A DNA stretch of 64,000 bases from a bacterium (GTDB taxonomy: Bacteria > Hinthialibacterota > Hinthialibacteria > Hinthialibacterales > Hinthialibacteraceae). The stretch's first letter is position 1; the number at the start of each line of letters is the position of its first letter. A program made the position numbers and the translations under genes. Below the pieces are notes generated by a model. The model had not been told where the DNA came from, ran no database searches, and was given only the letters and a program-made list of their open reading frames with translations. This document shows positions 7,542-17,897 of this stretch, piece by piece. Location: assembly GCA_963663405.2 (NCBI GenBank), contig CAXXSM010000150.1:1-64000 (forward strand). The letters run 5' to 3'.

Positions 7542-9476
7542 TTATTCTCCAATCGTAATCATTCCCTCGATCCAATCGCGCAGGTCCCACTCTCCCATCG
7601 ACACATCCGCTGTCAGGATATACTGCCCCGGCTTTGCGTTTTGAGGAGCGGTGACGGTCATTTTTGCAATCCCTTCCGCAAGAGGAGCGAGGGTGAGTGA
7701 TAGTTTTTTGGTTTCAGCTTGCCAGCCTTTTGGAATATGAGGACAGATGGAAAAAGTCCCTTCTTGATTGGAGTGGTTCATGATACGAATCCCTATTTCC
7801 GCTTGGGCGCCGGCTTTAATCGCTGTTCCATAAGGATAAAATCGCGCCCAGCCTTCATCGATTCCATAGTTTGGATCGTCCCACGGGAACAATTCGCGCA
7901 AGAGTTCCACTCGTTCATTGAGTGTGGCGATCATACGATCGATCTGCTTTTGGGAAAACCGGAACGTGGGAACAACGTGTTCGTTAATCAATAAATAATC
8001 CGGTTTCATCTTTTTTAAAACGTCCAGACAATAAAAATATCCCATATCCGGATGCAGGAGATTTCGATTCAATAAACAGTAATCATCAATGCCGGAGGGG
8101 GTAAACGAATCACCGATAAAGAAGATCGTCTCCCCGCCGTCTTTTTTCACAACTAGACCGCCGTGATAAATCGTTTGTCCAGGATGATAGGAAAACGTAA
8201 ACGTGAATTCGTTCCAGCGTAGAATACTTCCTTCCGGCATCACTCTCAGATTGTGAATAGGATTCGCCGTCATCGCAGGCAGGCGGTACGCGGATGGACA
8301 TTCCAGAATATCGCGCTGCTCGGAACAGGCGTAAACCGGGCAACCAAAAATTTCAGAGCCAGCCATCGCTTGATCGGTATGATCATCGTGGTAATGCGTA
8401 ATATAAATCCCTTCGATTGACCGGACGCTTCCTTCCTTGATTAACTCTTGTACTTTTTTGATAATGTTCTGGCTTCCACAGTCGATCAGAAATCCGGATT
8501 TGTCTTCGGATACGATCAGGCGTGTGTTACTGATGGGAATGATCCATTCCGGAGGGCGTTCGTTCAGCGTCTCTGCGAAAGGCATCCAATCGATTTCCGC
8601 GTCCGGCCCCATCACGCGCCGGGCGCACGTGAGGATGTGATCGTCGCCAAAATACCAGCGCAACGCGTTAATGCTCAGATAATTTTCGTAGGCTTTTTCA
8701 AGCCGCTTGATAAGCCGTTCAATCGCCGCTTGCGGGTTTTTAATGATAGGACCGCGCGCGGGTATAATCAGATCCGGTTTGCAATCCGCCACCTTGCGCA
8801 GGCTTTCCACCAGTTGGCCGATTCGTCCCGCGTAGCCATGGTAGCCGCGTATTTTCGCTTCGGGGATGGCGTCTTGCAAGCTATACCAATCGAGAATCTT
8901 GCCATCGCCATAGATCAAGTCTCCCGTAAACGCGATGGTTTTTCCATCGATCTTCATCAAATAACTCACCGCCCCGCGTGTGTATCCGGGCGTATCCAAC
9001 ACACGAATGGGAATTCCCTCCCATTCAAGGTTTGAATCTTCATTTACGGTTCTTGCGATAGGGAGCGGCGCCGTGAGGATTTTCGTGGTCTGCTGGGCGT
9101 AATCGTGAAACCGCTTTGTGGCGAACGCATTCCAAAAATCATGAACGCTGGTGAAGAGAGAAATTTCCTTTGCTGGGACAACCGCCTTCGCGCCGTTTTC
9201 AACAAGAGCGCGTCCAGCCCAAACAACATCGCGCCGGTGGTGTGTGAACAAAACCATATCCACCGGAATTGGCTCCATCGCAGGATACCCATAAACAGCG
9301 AGTGTTTTTCCATTGCGTTCTAATACAGCGCCGTTTATTGGGCCATGATATACACGTAGACTTTCGCTGATGGTCTCCATTTCTCCTGAGAACGCAGAGA
9401 TTGAATTGGAATAGAGAATTACAGCGGAATAAATGAAAATCCAAAACCGGTTATTCATAACTTTCACCTTATACAC
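7542..9476 (-). CDS. Secreted tandem metallo-beta-lactamase-fold hydrolase with C-terminal Ig-like domain
   Basis: Two MBL modules (FTHHRRD...TPG...FTGD; IDCG...ITHYHDDH...HPGQT...FIGD); C-terminal P.GW / V.AP..A.PG.Y Ig-like pattern. Confidence 0.8.
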   Translation of the reverse strand: MYKVKVMNNRFWIFIYSAVILYSNSISAFSGEMETISESLRVYHGPINGAVLERNGKTLAVYGYPAMEPIPVDMVLFTHHRRDVVWAGRALVENGAKAVVPAKEISLFTSVHDFWNAFATKRFHDYAQQTTKILTAPLPIARTVNEDSNLEWEGIPIRVLDTPGYTRGAVSYLMKIDGKTIAFTGDLIYGDGKILDWYSLQDAIPEAKIRGYHGYAGRIGQLVESLRKVADCKPDLIIPARGPIIKNPQAAIERLIKRLEKAYENYLSINALRWYFGDDHILTCARRVMGPDAEIDWMPFAETLNERPPEWIIPISNTRLIVSEDKSGFLIDCGSQNIIKKVQELIKEGSVRSIEGIYITHYHDDHTDQAMAGSEIFGCPVYACSEQRDILECPSAYRLPAMTANPIHNLRVMPEGSILRWNEFTFTFSYHPGQTIYHGGLVVKKDGGETIFFIGDSFTPSGIDDYCLLNRNLLHPDMGYFYCLDVLKKMKPDYLLINEHVVPTFRFSQKQIDRMIATLNERVELLRELFPWDDPNYGIDEGWARFYPYGTAIKAGAQAEIGIRIMNHSNQEGTFSICPHIPKGWQAETKKLSLTLAPLAEGIAKMTVTAPQNAKPGQYILTADVSMGEWDLRDWIEGMITIGE

Positions 9477-9502
9477 ATTACATTAGGGGGGTATTGATCA
9501 CC

Positions 9503-10016
<514 letters not shown>

Positions 10017-10040
10017 TTAAAAAACAATAGACTAAATGAA

Positions 10041-11045
10041 TCATCCCGCTTCGAGATCAATCACAGCCGCGCCGTTGATTTTTCCTTGTTTTAAGCGAAG
10101 CAGAACTTCGTTCGCTTCATCCAGGTGGAAGATTTCTGTGTGCGTTGTTACGGGGATCTCGGCCGCTGCTTGGAGAAGATCTCGTCCATCTTCGCGGGTA
10201 TTGTTCGCGACGCTTTGTACGCAGCGTTCGTAATAGAGATGCTCGCGGTAATCCAGTTCGGGTGTGGGTGACATATGAATCCCGGCCAGCGCCAGTTTTC
10301 CTCCATGTTCTAAGACGCGCAGCGCTTCCCGCACTAAATACCCAGCGGGAGCGAAAATGATCGAGGCGTCCATTTTTTTTGGTGGATCGTCCTCCGCTCT
10401 CCCCGTCCAAACGGCGCCCAACTGTTTCGCCAAATCGCGATGTTCCTGGCTGCGGGTAAATACGTAAACTTTACATCCCAGACTCCGGGCGATCTGAATT
10501 GTGATATGCGCCGAGGCCCCGAAACCATACAATCCCAGGCGTTTTCCCTTTCGCGCGCCGCTTAGACGGAACGCTCGATAACCGATAATTCCCGCGCACA
10601 ACAACGGCGCGCCATTCGCGTTCGCGATTCGCTCAGGAAATGGATAGACAAAAGATTCGGGAGCGAGAAGGTATTCGGCGAATCCCCCGTTCACATCATA
10701 TCCCGTAAAGTGGGCGTTCTCACAAAGATTCTCCGCGCCGTCTTGGCAGAAGCGGCACTTCCCACAGGTCTCATGCAGCCACGCCACTCCCACAGTGTCT
10801 CCGATTGTATGAAGCGTCACATCCGGTCCTAAAGCATCGATGGTTCCTATCGCCTGGTGACCGGGAATCACAGCGCCACGGAATGGGAGATCACCTTCCA
10901 CGACGTGCAGATCCGTCAGACACACTCCACATACCTTAATCCGCAGCCGGACTTGCTTGCCAGCAGGTTCCGGCATTGGAAGATCGACGAGTCTGAGGGG
11001 GTTGGATTCAATCGGCGCTGGCCGTTCTACACGCATGGCCCGCAT
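10041..11045 (-). CDS. Zinc-dependent alcohol dehydrogenase family protein
   Basis: CGVCLTDLH, PGHQ, CGKCRFC..G.ENLC structural zinc site, APLLCAGIIGYR, GLYGFGASAH. Confidence 0.93.
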   Translation of the reverse strand: MRAMRVERPAPIESNPLRLVDLPMPEPAGKQVRLRIKVCGVCLTDLHVVEGDLPFRGAVIPGHQAIGTIDALGPDVTLHTIGDTVGVAWLHETCGKCRFCQDGAENLCENAHFTGYDVNGGFAEYLLAPESFVYPFPERIANANGAPLLCAGIIGYRAFRLSGARKGKRLGLYGFGASAHITIQIARSLGCKVYVFTRSQEHRDLAKQLGAVWTGRAEDDPPKKMDASIIFAPAGYLVREALRVLEHGGKLALAGIHMSPTPELDYREHLYYERCVQSVANNTREDGRDLLQAAAEIPVTTHTEIFHLDEANEVLLRLKQGKINGAAVIDLEAG

Positions 11046-11076
11046 GGTTTGTTCTCCTTCAATTCACTATGCAATG

Positions 11077-11107
11077 AAAAAGGGGAGCGGTTATTCACTC
11101 CCCTTTT
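11077..11107 (-). terminator. Intrinsic terminator
   Basis: AAAAGGGGAG-N10-CTCCCCTTTT stem with a T-tract on the minus strand, downstream of the small membrane gene. Confidence 0.7.
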
Positions 11108-11157
11108 GCGCGATATTCAGTTCGTATGGAAACTCAATCATGAATGAAAGAGGAGAT

Positions 11158-11379
11158 TTATTCCTCATCCTCTTTCTGCTTTTGAAAGAATTCCGGAATC
11201 ATCCAAAAGGGTGCGCTGATGAACCATAACAGAGTCGCCCAATTGAACCAGACTTTATATCCCGCAAAGTTCGCTTCGTAATTCTCCATTCCCATAAGAA
11301 AAACATACAAAGGCGCCGCGACGCAGATCAATAAGGCCACGATCGCCAATAGAGCCGCAATTAAACGAGTTTGATTCAT
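11158..11379 (-). CDS. Small two-TM membrane protein, co-transcribed with the permease
   Basis: RBS AAGGAG; two hydrophobic segments; starts 14 bp after the permease stop. Confidence 0.7.
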   Translation of the reverse strand: MNQTRLIAALLAIVALLICVAAPLYVFLMGMENYEANFAGYKVWFNWATLLWFISAPFWMIPEFFQKQKEDEE

Positions 11380-11393
11380 GATTCACTCCTTCC

Positions 11394-12797
11394 TTACGCC
11401 TGCGCGGCGCCAGTATTCTTCGCGCCCCAGAGCATCGATAACAGGATGTAAAAGATCAACGAGAGGAAATATCCCGGCAGCCAGCGGAAGAATAAATGAA
11501 TATTCATTGCGTTCATCGGCAGCCAGCAGATGAACAAGACGCCAAACCATGTAATTAACGCCGGCCAGTTGAATAGCATCGCCCGTTCATCAGCCCAGTA
11601 TTGCTTAAGTCCCAACCGGGGGAACAACCAATGCTCAGCGACAACAATCGCGCCAATGGGCATCAGGATTAAGCCATAAATCGCGACGAAGTTGAGCAGA
11701 TTCATGACAAACGCCGGAAAACAAGCCATGATTGTCGCGACGACAAACGCGACGATCGTCGTCACCCACCGAGGCCAGTTCGGCGTTACGATCTGCAACG
11801 CCAAGCCGGAACGGTAAATCGTCGGATTGGCCGTGGTCCATCCCGCGATCACGACGGCGATCGCGCCCGCTAACCCACAGGCGTTGTACGCCATTGGACC
11901 AGGTTCGATCTTCGCGCCGTACGCCGCCACCATAATTCCTGAGCAAATCCACGCGAGGAAATGTCCTAGATACATCCCCAGCGCCGAATAGAGACCGTAG
12001 CGCCAGGTTCTCGCGTACCGGAAAAGCGCCATGTCGGATAAACCGACATGCATGGCGAGATTACAGAACCAGGAGAAGAATATGACGTGCCAGAGACCGA
12101 GTTTCTCCGCCCCTTCCGCCGGAATCCCGTTCCATATTTTCGTCTGGGCGATCTCCCAAAATTCTCCGATAGTTTTAAAGTCTCCCAATTGGGGGAGAAC
12201 CGCCAGCGCGCCTGCAACAAAGACTAAAAACATCCACGGCACGCACACGCTGGAGAATTGACTCACCCGTTTAAAACCAAGAACCGCCACGGTTCCTACA
12301 ACCGCGCCGACCAGAAACACGACCAATACCCATCCCACACTATTGGGGTAAATATCACCGAGACTCGGCATTTCAATATTAAACGGGATTCCTACGGCTG
12401 TGGCCGCCACAGAGATCATCGCCCCGGCAAGAATACAAAACAGAAACGCGTTCGCGAGGCTATAGATAACCATGACGCCAGGACCGGCGATCTTTCGCAG
12501 GTACCAGTAAAGCGTTAAGCGCGTCTGGACGGCGATGGGCGCGCAGAGAAACGTCCACGATAAAACCGCCAGCAGGTTTCCTATTAGCAATCCGATTATT
12601 AGATCTTTCGCCCCCACCCCATTAATGACGAAAAACGCGCCGATTACAAACTCCGTTCCCGCCACATGTTCTCCGGCAAAGATCGAGGCGAATCGGCCTC
12701 CACTGTGCAGTTGATTTTCCTTAACCGGTTCCCGATCGAATTCATACAATTTGTCTAGCCGGTTCACAATCCCCGGCGCTGAATCTTTACCAGACAC
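11394..12797 (-). CDS. Purine-cytosine permease-like (NCS1) transporter
   Basis: About 12 TM segments; GEHVAGTEFVIG; WTTANPTIY motif. Confidence 0.8.
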   Translation of the reverse strand: MSGKDSAPGIVNRLDKLYEFDREPVKENQLHSGGRFASIFAGEHVAGTEFVIGAFFVINGVGAKDLIIGLLIGNLLAVLSWTFLCAPIAVQTRLTLYWYLRKIAGPGVMVIYSLANAFLFCILAGAMISVAATAVGIPFNIEMPSLGDIYPNSVGWVLVVFLVGAVVGTVAVLGFKRVSQFSSVCVPWMFLVFVAGALAVLPQLGDFKTIGEFWEIAQTKIWNGIPAEGAEKLGLWHVIFFSWFCNLAMHVGLSDMALFRYARTWRYGLYSALGMYLGHFLAWICSGIMVAAYGAKIEPGPMAYNACGLAGAIAVVIAGWTTANPTIYRSGLALQIVTPNWPRWVTTIVAFVVATIMACFPAFVMNLLNFVAIYGLILMPIGAIVVAEHWLFPRLGLKQYWADERAMLFNWPALITWFGVLFICWLPMNAMNIHLFFRWLPGYFLSLIFYILLSMLWGAKNTGAAQA

Positions 12798-13080
12798 GCT
12801 CTTCTCTCCTATTCGTATTAAGATTCAATTAAAAAAAGTAACAGGTCATTCACATGAAGTGATAGAGTAACAATCATCACCAAGCAAGGCACCATTGAGT
12901 GAATTCTCCCCCCAAGCTTGGGGGAGGACTCTATAACTCCAAATGTCTAACCAATTACGAATAAATAAACAAAAGCTTTGATGGCGATTATACGGTGAAG
13001 GCGTCAGATGATTCAAGGAGAGGAACACAACAGAAAATAAAGGAAAGCGGAATCCAACCGATGTGGAATAAAAAAGGGAT

Positions 13081-14127
13081 TTAAGATTGGCCTTCAAAAA
13101 ACCAAAGCCGCCCATAGATTCGCTTGTCACCATTTTGGATAGGGATGGTGCGGCATTCGATTGTTTTCGTTTTCGCCTGACTGACAGTCAGTTGGAAGGT
13201 GTATTCTTTTTGAGGCTCCTCATCCATGGAAACAAATATTTTCGTCCATTCGGCTTCCGAAAGAACGCTGCATTGGCCTAGAAAAGAGAGAAATTCCGAT
13301 CTTGTTTTCCCAGTAAACTCCTCTTCATTGGTCTGAAACAGAGTATAAAAATTCTCATTCGCCAAGGAGACGAGTCCCGACCGGTCCGTAATGACCACGC
13401 CAAAGGGAATATGGCGCAAGAGTGAGAAGAACCGCCGGTTTTGCGCTGCGAATTCCGTAGTGCGGTCACCGAGAGAGAGGAGCGCCTCTTGCAGTTCCGC
13501 CGTGCGGTTGTGCAGCTCGGCGTTCGATTCTTCGAGTTGATGTTTCAGATCGAGAAGTTCCTTATTCGTTGTTTCCAATTCCTGGTTTTTCTCTTCATAG
13601 AGAGAAAGGGTTTGGACCAGGTTGAGGTTTTGCATCCGCAATTCTTCAGAGAGGGTAGGATTCTGACGGGAGGAAAATTTCTTCTGCAAGAAATCGACTA
13701 CATTTCGGGCAAGGTTTTTTGACGCGACGGGTTTTCTTTTCTGGAGGCGGATTGTGGTTCCCTGCCCTGGTTCGGACTCGATCGCGATCGAATCCATCAA
13801 CCGCTTCATGGCGGCGATACCACGGAGAGCGGTTTGGGAACTTCCTTTGGATTGGAGCAGTTCCTCCTGTTTTTCCTCTGTTAGACCTGGTCCCTGATCG
13901 TTCCCCTCCACCTCAAGCAGGAATGTGTCATCATCCGTTATGAGGGAGAACGAAATGGAACCTCCTCCTCCATGCTCCAGGATGTTTTTTCCCAATTCAA
14001 AAACCGATGTAGTCACTTGTAACTGCTGCGTGACATCAAAGCCGAGCTCTTCACAAATTAATCGAACCCGATCCCGGGCGGAAAGAATATCTTTCTCATC
14101 CTGGATCTCGTGCGAATAGATTTTCAT
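13081..14127 (-). CDS. RsbT-like anti-sigma/Ser-Thr kinase domain, coiled coil and C-terminal PAS domain
   Basis: DILSAR...ELGKNILEHGGGG, DQGPG, KRLMD, GQGTTI; heptad region; IPFGVVITDRSG.V..AN..F PAS start. Confidence 0.8.
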   Translation of the reverse strand: MKIYSHEIQDEKDILSARDRVRLICEELGFDVTQQLQVTTSVFELGKNILEHGGGGSISFSLITDDDTFLLEVEGNDQGPGLTEEKQEELLQSKGSSQTALRGIAAMKRLMDSIAIESEPGQGTTIRLQKRKPVASKNLARNVVDFLQKKFSSRQNPTLSEELRMQNLNLVQTLSLYEEKNQELETTNKELLDLKHQLEESNAELHNRTAELQEALLSLGDRTTEFAAQNRRFFSLLRHIPFGVVITDRSGLVSLANENFYTLFQTNEEEFTGKTRSEFLSFLGQCSVLSEAEWTKIFVSMDEEPQKEYTFQLTVSQAKTKTIECRTIPIQNGDKRIYGRLWFFEGQS

Positions 14128-14165
14128 TAAAATTCACCGCTGCTAACCGAGAAAACAAGGGAGAA

Positions 14166-14825
14166 TCAGGAATCGGGGAGAAGTGTATCATCCCCCCCCA
14201 AAGGGATATCTAATTCCTCTGTTACTTCGTGAATATAATTCCCAAGCCGTTCCATTTTACTCAGAGATTCGATTTCGTCTCCCTTGTCTGTGGCTGTGGC
14301 GTCTTCCTCGACGACGAAGTAACGGCCCGCGCCTTCTTCTTGCTCCTCGGTTTTCTCTCCTACGTAAAAGATTGATTCTCCAATGGGAATGCCATCCGCA
14401 TAGACGGTGGCTCTCCATTCTCCTTCTCCACCCACCTGCAGCATACGGTCCATTTCAAAATAAACGCCTAGAGGGTTTTCTCTAGGGTAACGAACGGTTT
14501 CCGTCAGCACGACCGAATCGAGCGGATTGGTGAGTTCGTAGTAGATAATATGCTGTTTGTCCTCCTTGGCCAACTGCGCCACGACGACAACTCGTGGATC
14601 AGTTTCCGGGAGAAATTGATCCGTCACGCCCACCCACCGTTTGTCTTCCGTCAAACCTTTGCAGGTGAAGACGTCGTGATAGACGGCGGTTGCCGGTTTC
14701 ATCACAATTGTACTTGGCGCTGAGCACCCTCCAATCAACAATCCCAGGCCAAAGATATACAGAGGCGCGAATCGAAATGGCATTGGACTCAAGTTCCTTT
14801 CGTTATAGACATTTATTCTACCCAT
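14166..14825 (-). CDS. Putative lipoprotein of unknown function
   Basis: Lipobox LLIGG-C after a hydrophobic stretch; likely start at MPFRF (14783). Confidence 0.65.
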   Translation of the reverse strand: MGRINVYNERNLSPMPFRFAPLYIFGLGLLIGGCSAPSTIVMKPATAVYHDVFTCKGLTEDKRWVGVTDQFLPETDPRVVVVAQLAKEDKQHIIYYELTNPLDSVVLTETVRYPRENPLGVYFEMDRMLQVGGEGEWRATVYADGIPIGESIFYVGEKTEEQEEGAGRYFVVEEDATATDKGDEIESLSKMERLGNYIHEVTEELDIPLGGDDTLLPDS

Positions 14826-15067
14826 GTGGAGCGTCTCAGGTCAAGCGGCGGCGCTACTTTCTTCTCCGGCATGGTTGTTGCTTCAAGATAATAAATTGAA
14901 ACGGTCTTACCGCTCTCTCGTCCTAACGTTTCATTAAGACATGTGGTTACAAACCCAGTGCGGATTCAATCAGGGAAGATAGAATTTAGTATATAGCCAC
15001 TTGATTTTGAATACACCAATCGAATCATCAACCACTGAAGAGACATTTTACCTCCCCAGGAGGAAGA

Positions 15068-15109
15068 AAATGGGATAAAAACAGAAGAAATAGACGAAAT
15101 GGGATAAAA
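15068..15109 (+). repeat. 13-bp direct repeat AAATGGGATAAAA x2 upstream of the fliL promoter
   Basis: Exact copies at 15068-15080 and 15097-15109. Confidence 0.7.
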
Positions 15110-15123
15110 CCGGAAAAATTTGC

Positions 15124-15169
15124 TTGACAAGGAATTTTTTGACTACCTATAATATAGAATCTATTATAG
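15124..15169 (+). promoter_or_regulatory. Sigma70-type promoter of the flagellar operon with an overlapping inverted repeat
   Basis: TTGACA (15124) -N18- TATAAT (15148); CTATAATA-N7-TATTATAG palindrome over the -10; RBS AAGGAGG before fliL. Confidence 0.75.
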
Positions 15170-15199
15170 TTGCGAGCCATGAATTAAGGAGGTTTATCA

Positions 15200-15733
15200 A
15201 TGGGCGACGTACCGGAACAACCCACTGGTGAACAGCAGGAAGAGAAGCCTAAAAGTAAGATGCCGATCATAATCGCCGCGATTGTGATCCTTCTCGGCGT
15301 GGTCTCGATTATCGCCATGACTCTTCTTGGAGGCGAACAGAATCCCGATGTATCGATCGAAAGCACGCCGAAACCCGTGTATTACAAGTTCATGTTTGAA
15401 AAACCATTTACCTGCAATTTGGCTCCACCGGATTCAGAATATATTTTTACTGTAAATATCGCGCTTGAAATCAAAGGTAAAGGCGATTCTTCCGAGACGG
15501 ATGCTTTGAACGAGATCGGAATCGAAGGTGGAAAAGACAAGCAGGATCCCAAAAGCCAAATGACACTGGTTCGGGCGATTATTCATGATAAGCTTTCAAG
15601 CAAAACCCGTCTCGATGTGCAAAGTCCAATCGGCCGGGAGCAGCTTAAAGGAGAGATCAAGCGTCTACTTAACGATCTACTGGAAAAAGCCGAAATCGTC
15701 AGCGTAATTTTTGTGTCAAACGTGGTCACATAA
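15200..15733 (+). CDS. fliL: Flagellar basal body-associated protein FliL
   Basis: Single N-terminal TM; F..NL, LSSKT..D..S..GRE.LK.EI...LN, V.F motifs; precedes fliM. Confidence 0.85.
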   Translation: MGDVPEQPTGEQQEEKPKSKMPIIIAAIVILLGVVSIIAMTLLGGEQNPDVSIESTPKPVYYKFMFEKPFTCNLAPPDSEYIFTVNIALEIKGKGDSSETDALNEIGIEGGKDKQDPKSQMTLVRAIIHDKLSSKTRLDVQSPIGREQLKGEIKRLLNDLLEKAEIVSVIFVSNVVT

Positions 15734-15778
15734 GGGCGCTAAGAGTCAACCCATTCTCCGGCGGAAAGAAAATCAATT

Positions 15779-16774
15779 ATGGCGGATATCCTCTCTCAAG
15801 GTGAAATCGACGCGTTGTTATCCGCGTTCGCTACCGGCGAAGGCCCCGCTGATATCGATACGGAGGACGATGAACATATTCGGGAGGTGAAAGTTTACGA
15901 CTTTAATCACCCGGACCGGTTCTCCAAAGATCAAATTCGCACCATGCACAACCTGCACGATCATTTCGCGCGGGTTTTTTCCATTTCCCTCTCAGCCTTT
16001 TTACGGACAATCGTCGAGGTCAAGCTGGTCTCCGTCGACCAGATCTCGTATGAAGAATTTATCCGCTCCATTCCCAATCCGACCTATCTTTGCATTCTAA
16101 ATATGGCCCCATTGGAAGGGAAAGCCTTGATGGAACTGTCCCCCACTCTCTCCTTTCCTGTCATGGACCGCCTCATGGGGGGACGGGGCAATGTTTTCAA
16201 GAAAAATCGTGAATTGACGGAGATCGAGCAGACGATCATCGAAAAAGTGCTCTACCGGGCCTTTGACTGCCTGCATGAAGCCTGGGCGAACGTAATTCCA
16301 CTCAATATTTCACTTGAACAATCTGAAACCAATCCCCAGCTGTTGATGCAGCTCTATTTTCCCTCTGAAATGGTCATTCTGATGACCTTTGAGGTCACAT
16401 TGCAGGAAATCTCCGGCACGCTGTCCTTTTGCATTCCCTATCCAACATTGGAACCGATCGCGAGTGAACTATCCACCACATCATGGTACGCGGCCACGCG
16501 GAAGGAACTTTCAGAAGAGCACGCGGAAATACTCTACGACCGGCTGCGCCGCGTGTCCATTCCCATTACCGCGTACGTGGGATCGTGCAAGATGTCTCTG
16601 AAAGAACTACTCGAATTACATAGTGGCGACGTTTTTCAGTTGAACTCACGCGCCGACGAGGATCTGGTGCTTCAAGTTGGGAATGAATACAGGTACTATG
16701 CGAAACCCGGCGTTTACAAACAACATAACGCTGTCAAAATTACCAAGGTCATTTCAGGCCCGGATGATGTGTAA
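15779..16774 (+). CDS. fliM: Flagellar motor switch protein FliM
   Basis: ILSQGEIDALL CheY-binding peptide; VKVYDF.HPDRFSKDQIR; ELTEIE; C-terminal SpoA domain. Confidence 0.96.
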   Translation: MADILSQGEIDALLSAFATGEGPADIDTEDDEHIREVKVYDFNHPDRFSKDQIRTMHNLHDHFARVFSISLSAFLRTIVEVKLVSVDQISYEEFIRSIPNPTYLCILNMAPLEGKALMELSPTLSFPVMDRLMGGRGNVFKKNRELTEIEQTIIEKVLYRAFDCLHEAWANVIPLNISLEQSETNPQLLMQLYFPSEMVILMTFEVTLQEISGTLSFCIPYPTLEPIASELSTTSWYAATRKELSEEHAEILYDRLRRVSIPITAYVGSCKMSLKELLELHSGDVFQLNSRADEDLVLQVGNEYRYYAKPGVYKQHNAVKITKVISGPDDV

Positions 16775-16804
16775 TATGAGCATATTGAATAAAGGAGAAC
16801 GATC

Positions 16805-17866
16805 GTGTGCGCCGAAGCGCTCACCCAGGACGAAATAGACGCTCTCTTACGAGGTGAAACTCTCCCGGACGCGTCATCCAAAGATTCCGGTGGCGCCGCG
16901 CTCGCGGCGGAGGAAGAAGAGACCGTTAAATCTTTCTCCAGCATCGTCTCGAATTCGGGGATGGATGTACTGGGCGCCCTCATGGGTGGCGACGTTTCCT
17001 TTGAAGTAGAGGAATACAAGGAGATTGAAGCGTCCGCAATCGCAGAAGAGATCGAAGGAGACTTAGTAACCGCCGCTCTCAACTACAAAGGGATGGTTGA
17101 GGGACAAAGTCTGATCGTAATCTCTGTCGAAAACGCGCTGAAAATCGCCTCGGAAATGACGGGCGGCGGCGCGGAGAGCGAATTCGGTGATCTGGAGGAA
17201 AGCGCTTACAGTGAGGCTATTCAGAACATATTCAGTTCCACCAATACGCAATTAGCCCAGCAAGTCGGTGGTGAAATCTCTCTCGATCCACCTGAGATCG
17301 TCTGCAAACCACCGGATCTGACAGTGTTGGTCCCCGAATCATCGGAACCGGCTGTTCTTGTGAAATACAGCCTCGAATCGGCGTCGATGAGCGGGCCTCT
17401 GTATCAAATAATTCCGCGAAACCTGCTCAAATCAATTTCCCACGCATCCATCCCAGCCCCCGAATCCGCGGGTGAAGTGATGTCAGATTTAGGGGGATTA
17501 GAAGATTTCGATATGGGGGGTGGACCGCCGATTATGTCGCAACCCGCGCAGTTCGCTCCCGCTGGGGGAGAACAGCAATACACGGGCGCTGCGCCTTCGG
17601 TTGATATCACGAATCTCGATCTGATTCTAGATATCTCCGTTGAAGTCAAAGTCGAATTGGGCAAAACCGCTCGCAAGATTAAAGAAGTGCTCGAAATGGG
17701 CCCCGGCTCCGTGGTTGAATTGGACCGATTGGCTGGGGAACCTGTGGACATTCTTGTGAATGATAAACTCTTCGCCAAAGGCGAAGTGGTTGTAATCGAC
17801 GAAAATTTTGGTGTGCGGATAACCGATATTCTCAGCATTCAGGAACGGATTGAAGCTCTGAAATAA
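16805..17866 (+). CDS. fliY: FliY-type switch protein (CheC-like domain plus FliN domain)
   Basis: LTQDEIDALL, CheC-like middle, NLDLILDISVEVKVELG...GEVVVIDENFGVRIT. Confidence 0.88.
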   Translation: MCAEALTQDEIDALLRGETLPDASSKDSGGAALAAEEEETVKSFSSIVSNSGMDVLGALMGGDVSFEVEEYKEIEASAIAEEIEGDLVTAALNYKGMVEGQSLIVISVENALKIASEMTGGGAESEFGDLEESAYSEAIQNIFSSTNTQLAQQVGGEISLDPPEIVCKPPDLTVLVPESSEPAVLVKYSLESASMSGPLYQIIPRNLLKSISHASIPAPESAGEVMSDLGGLEDFDMGGGPPIMSQPAQFAPAGGEQQYTGAAPSVDITNLDLILDISVEVKVELGKTARKIKEVLEMGPGSVVELDRLAGEPVDILVNDKLFAKGEVVVIDENFGVRITDILSIQERIEALK

Positions 17867-17897
17867 GGATCAATCCGGCTATTGGGTTGAGGAACTA

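Noticed and set aside
12905-12928. Palindrome CCCCCAAGCTTGGGGG upstream of the permease
   Set aside because: Short, single copy in the window; cannot distinguish REP, operator or chance.
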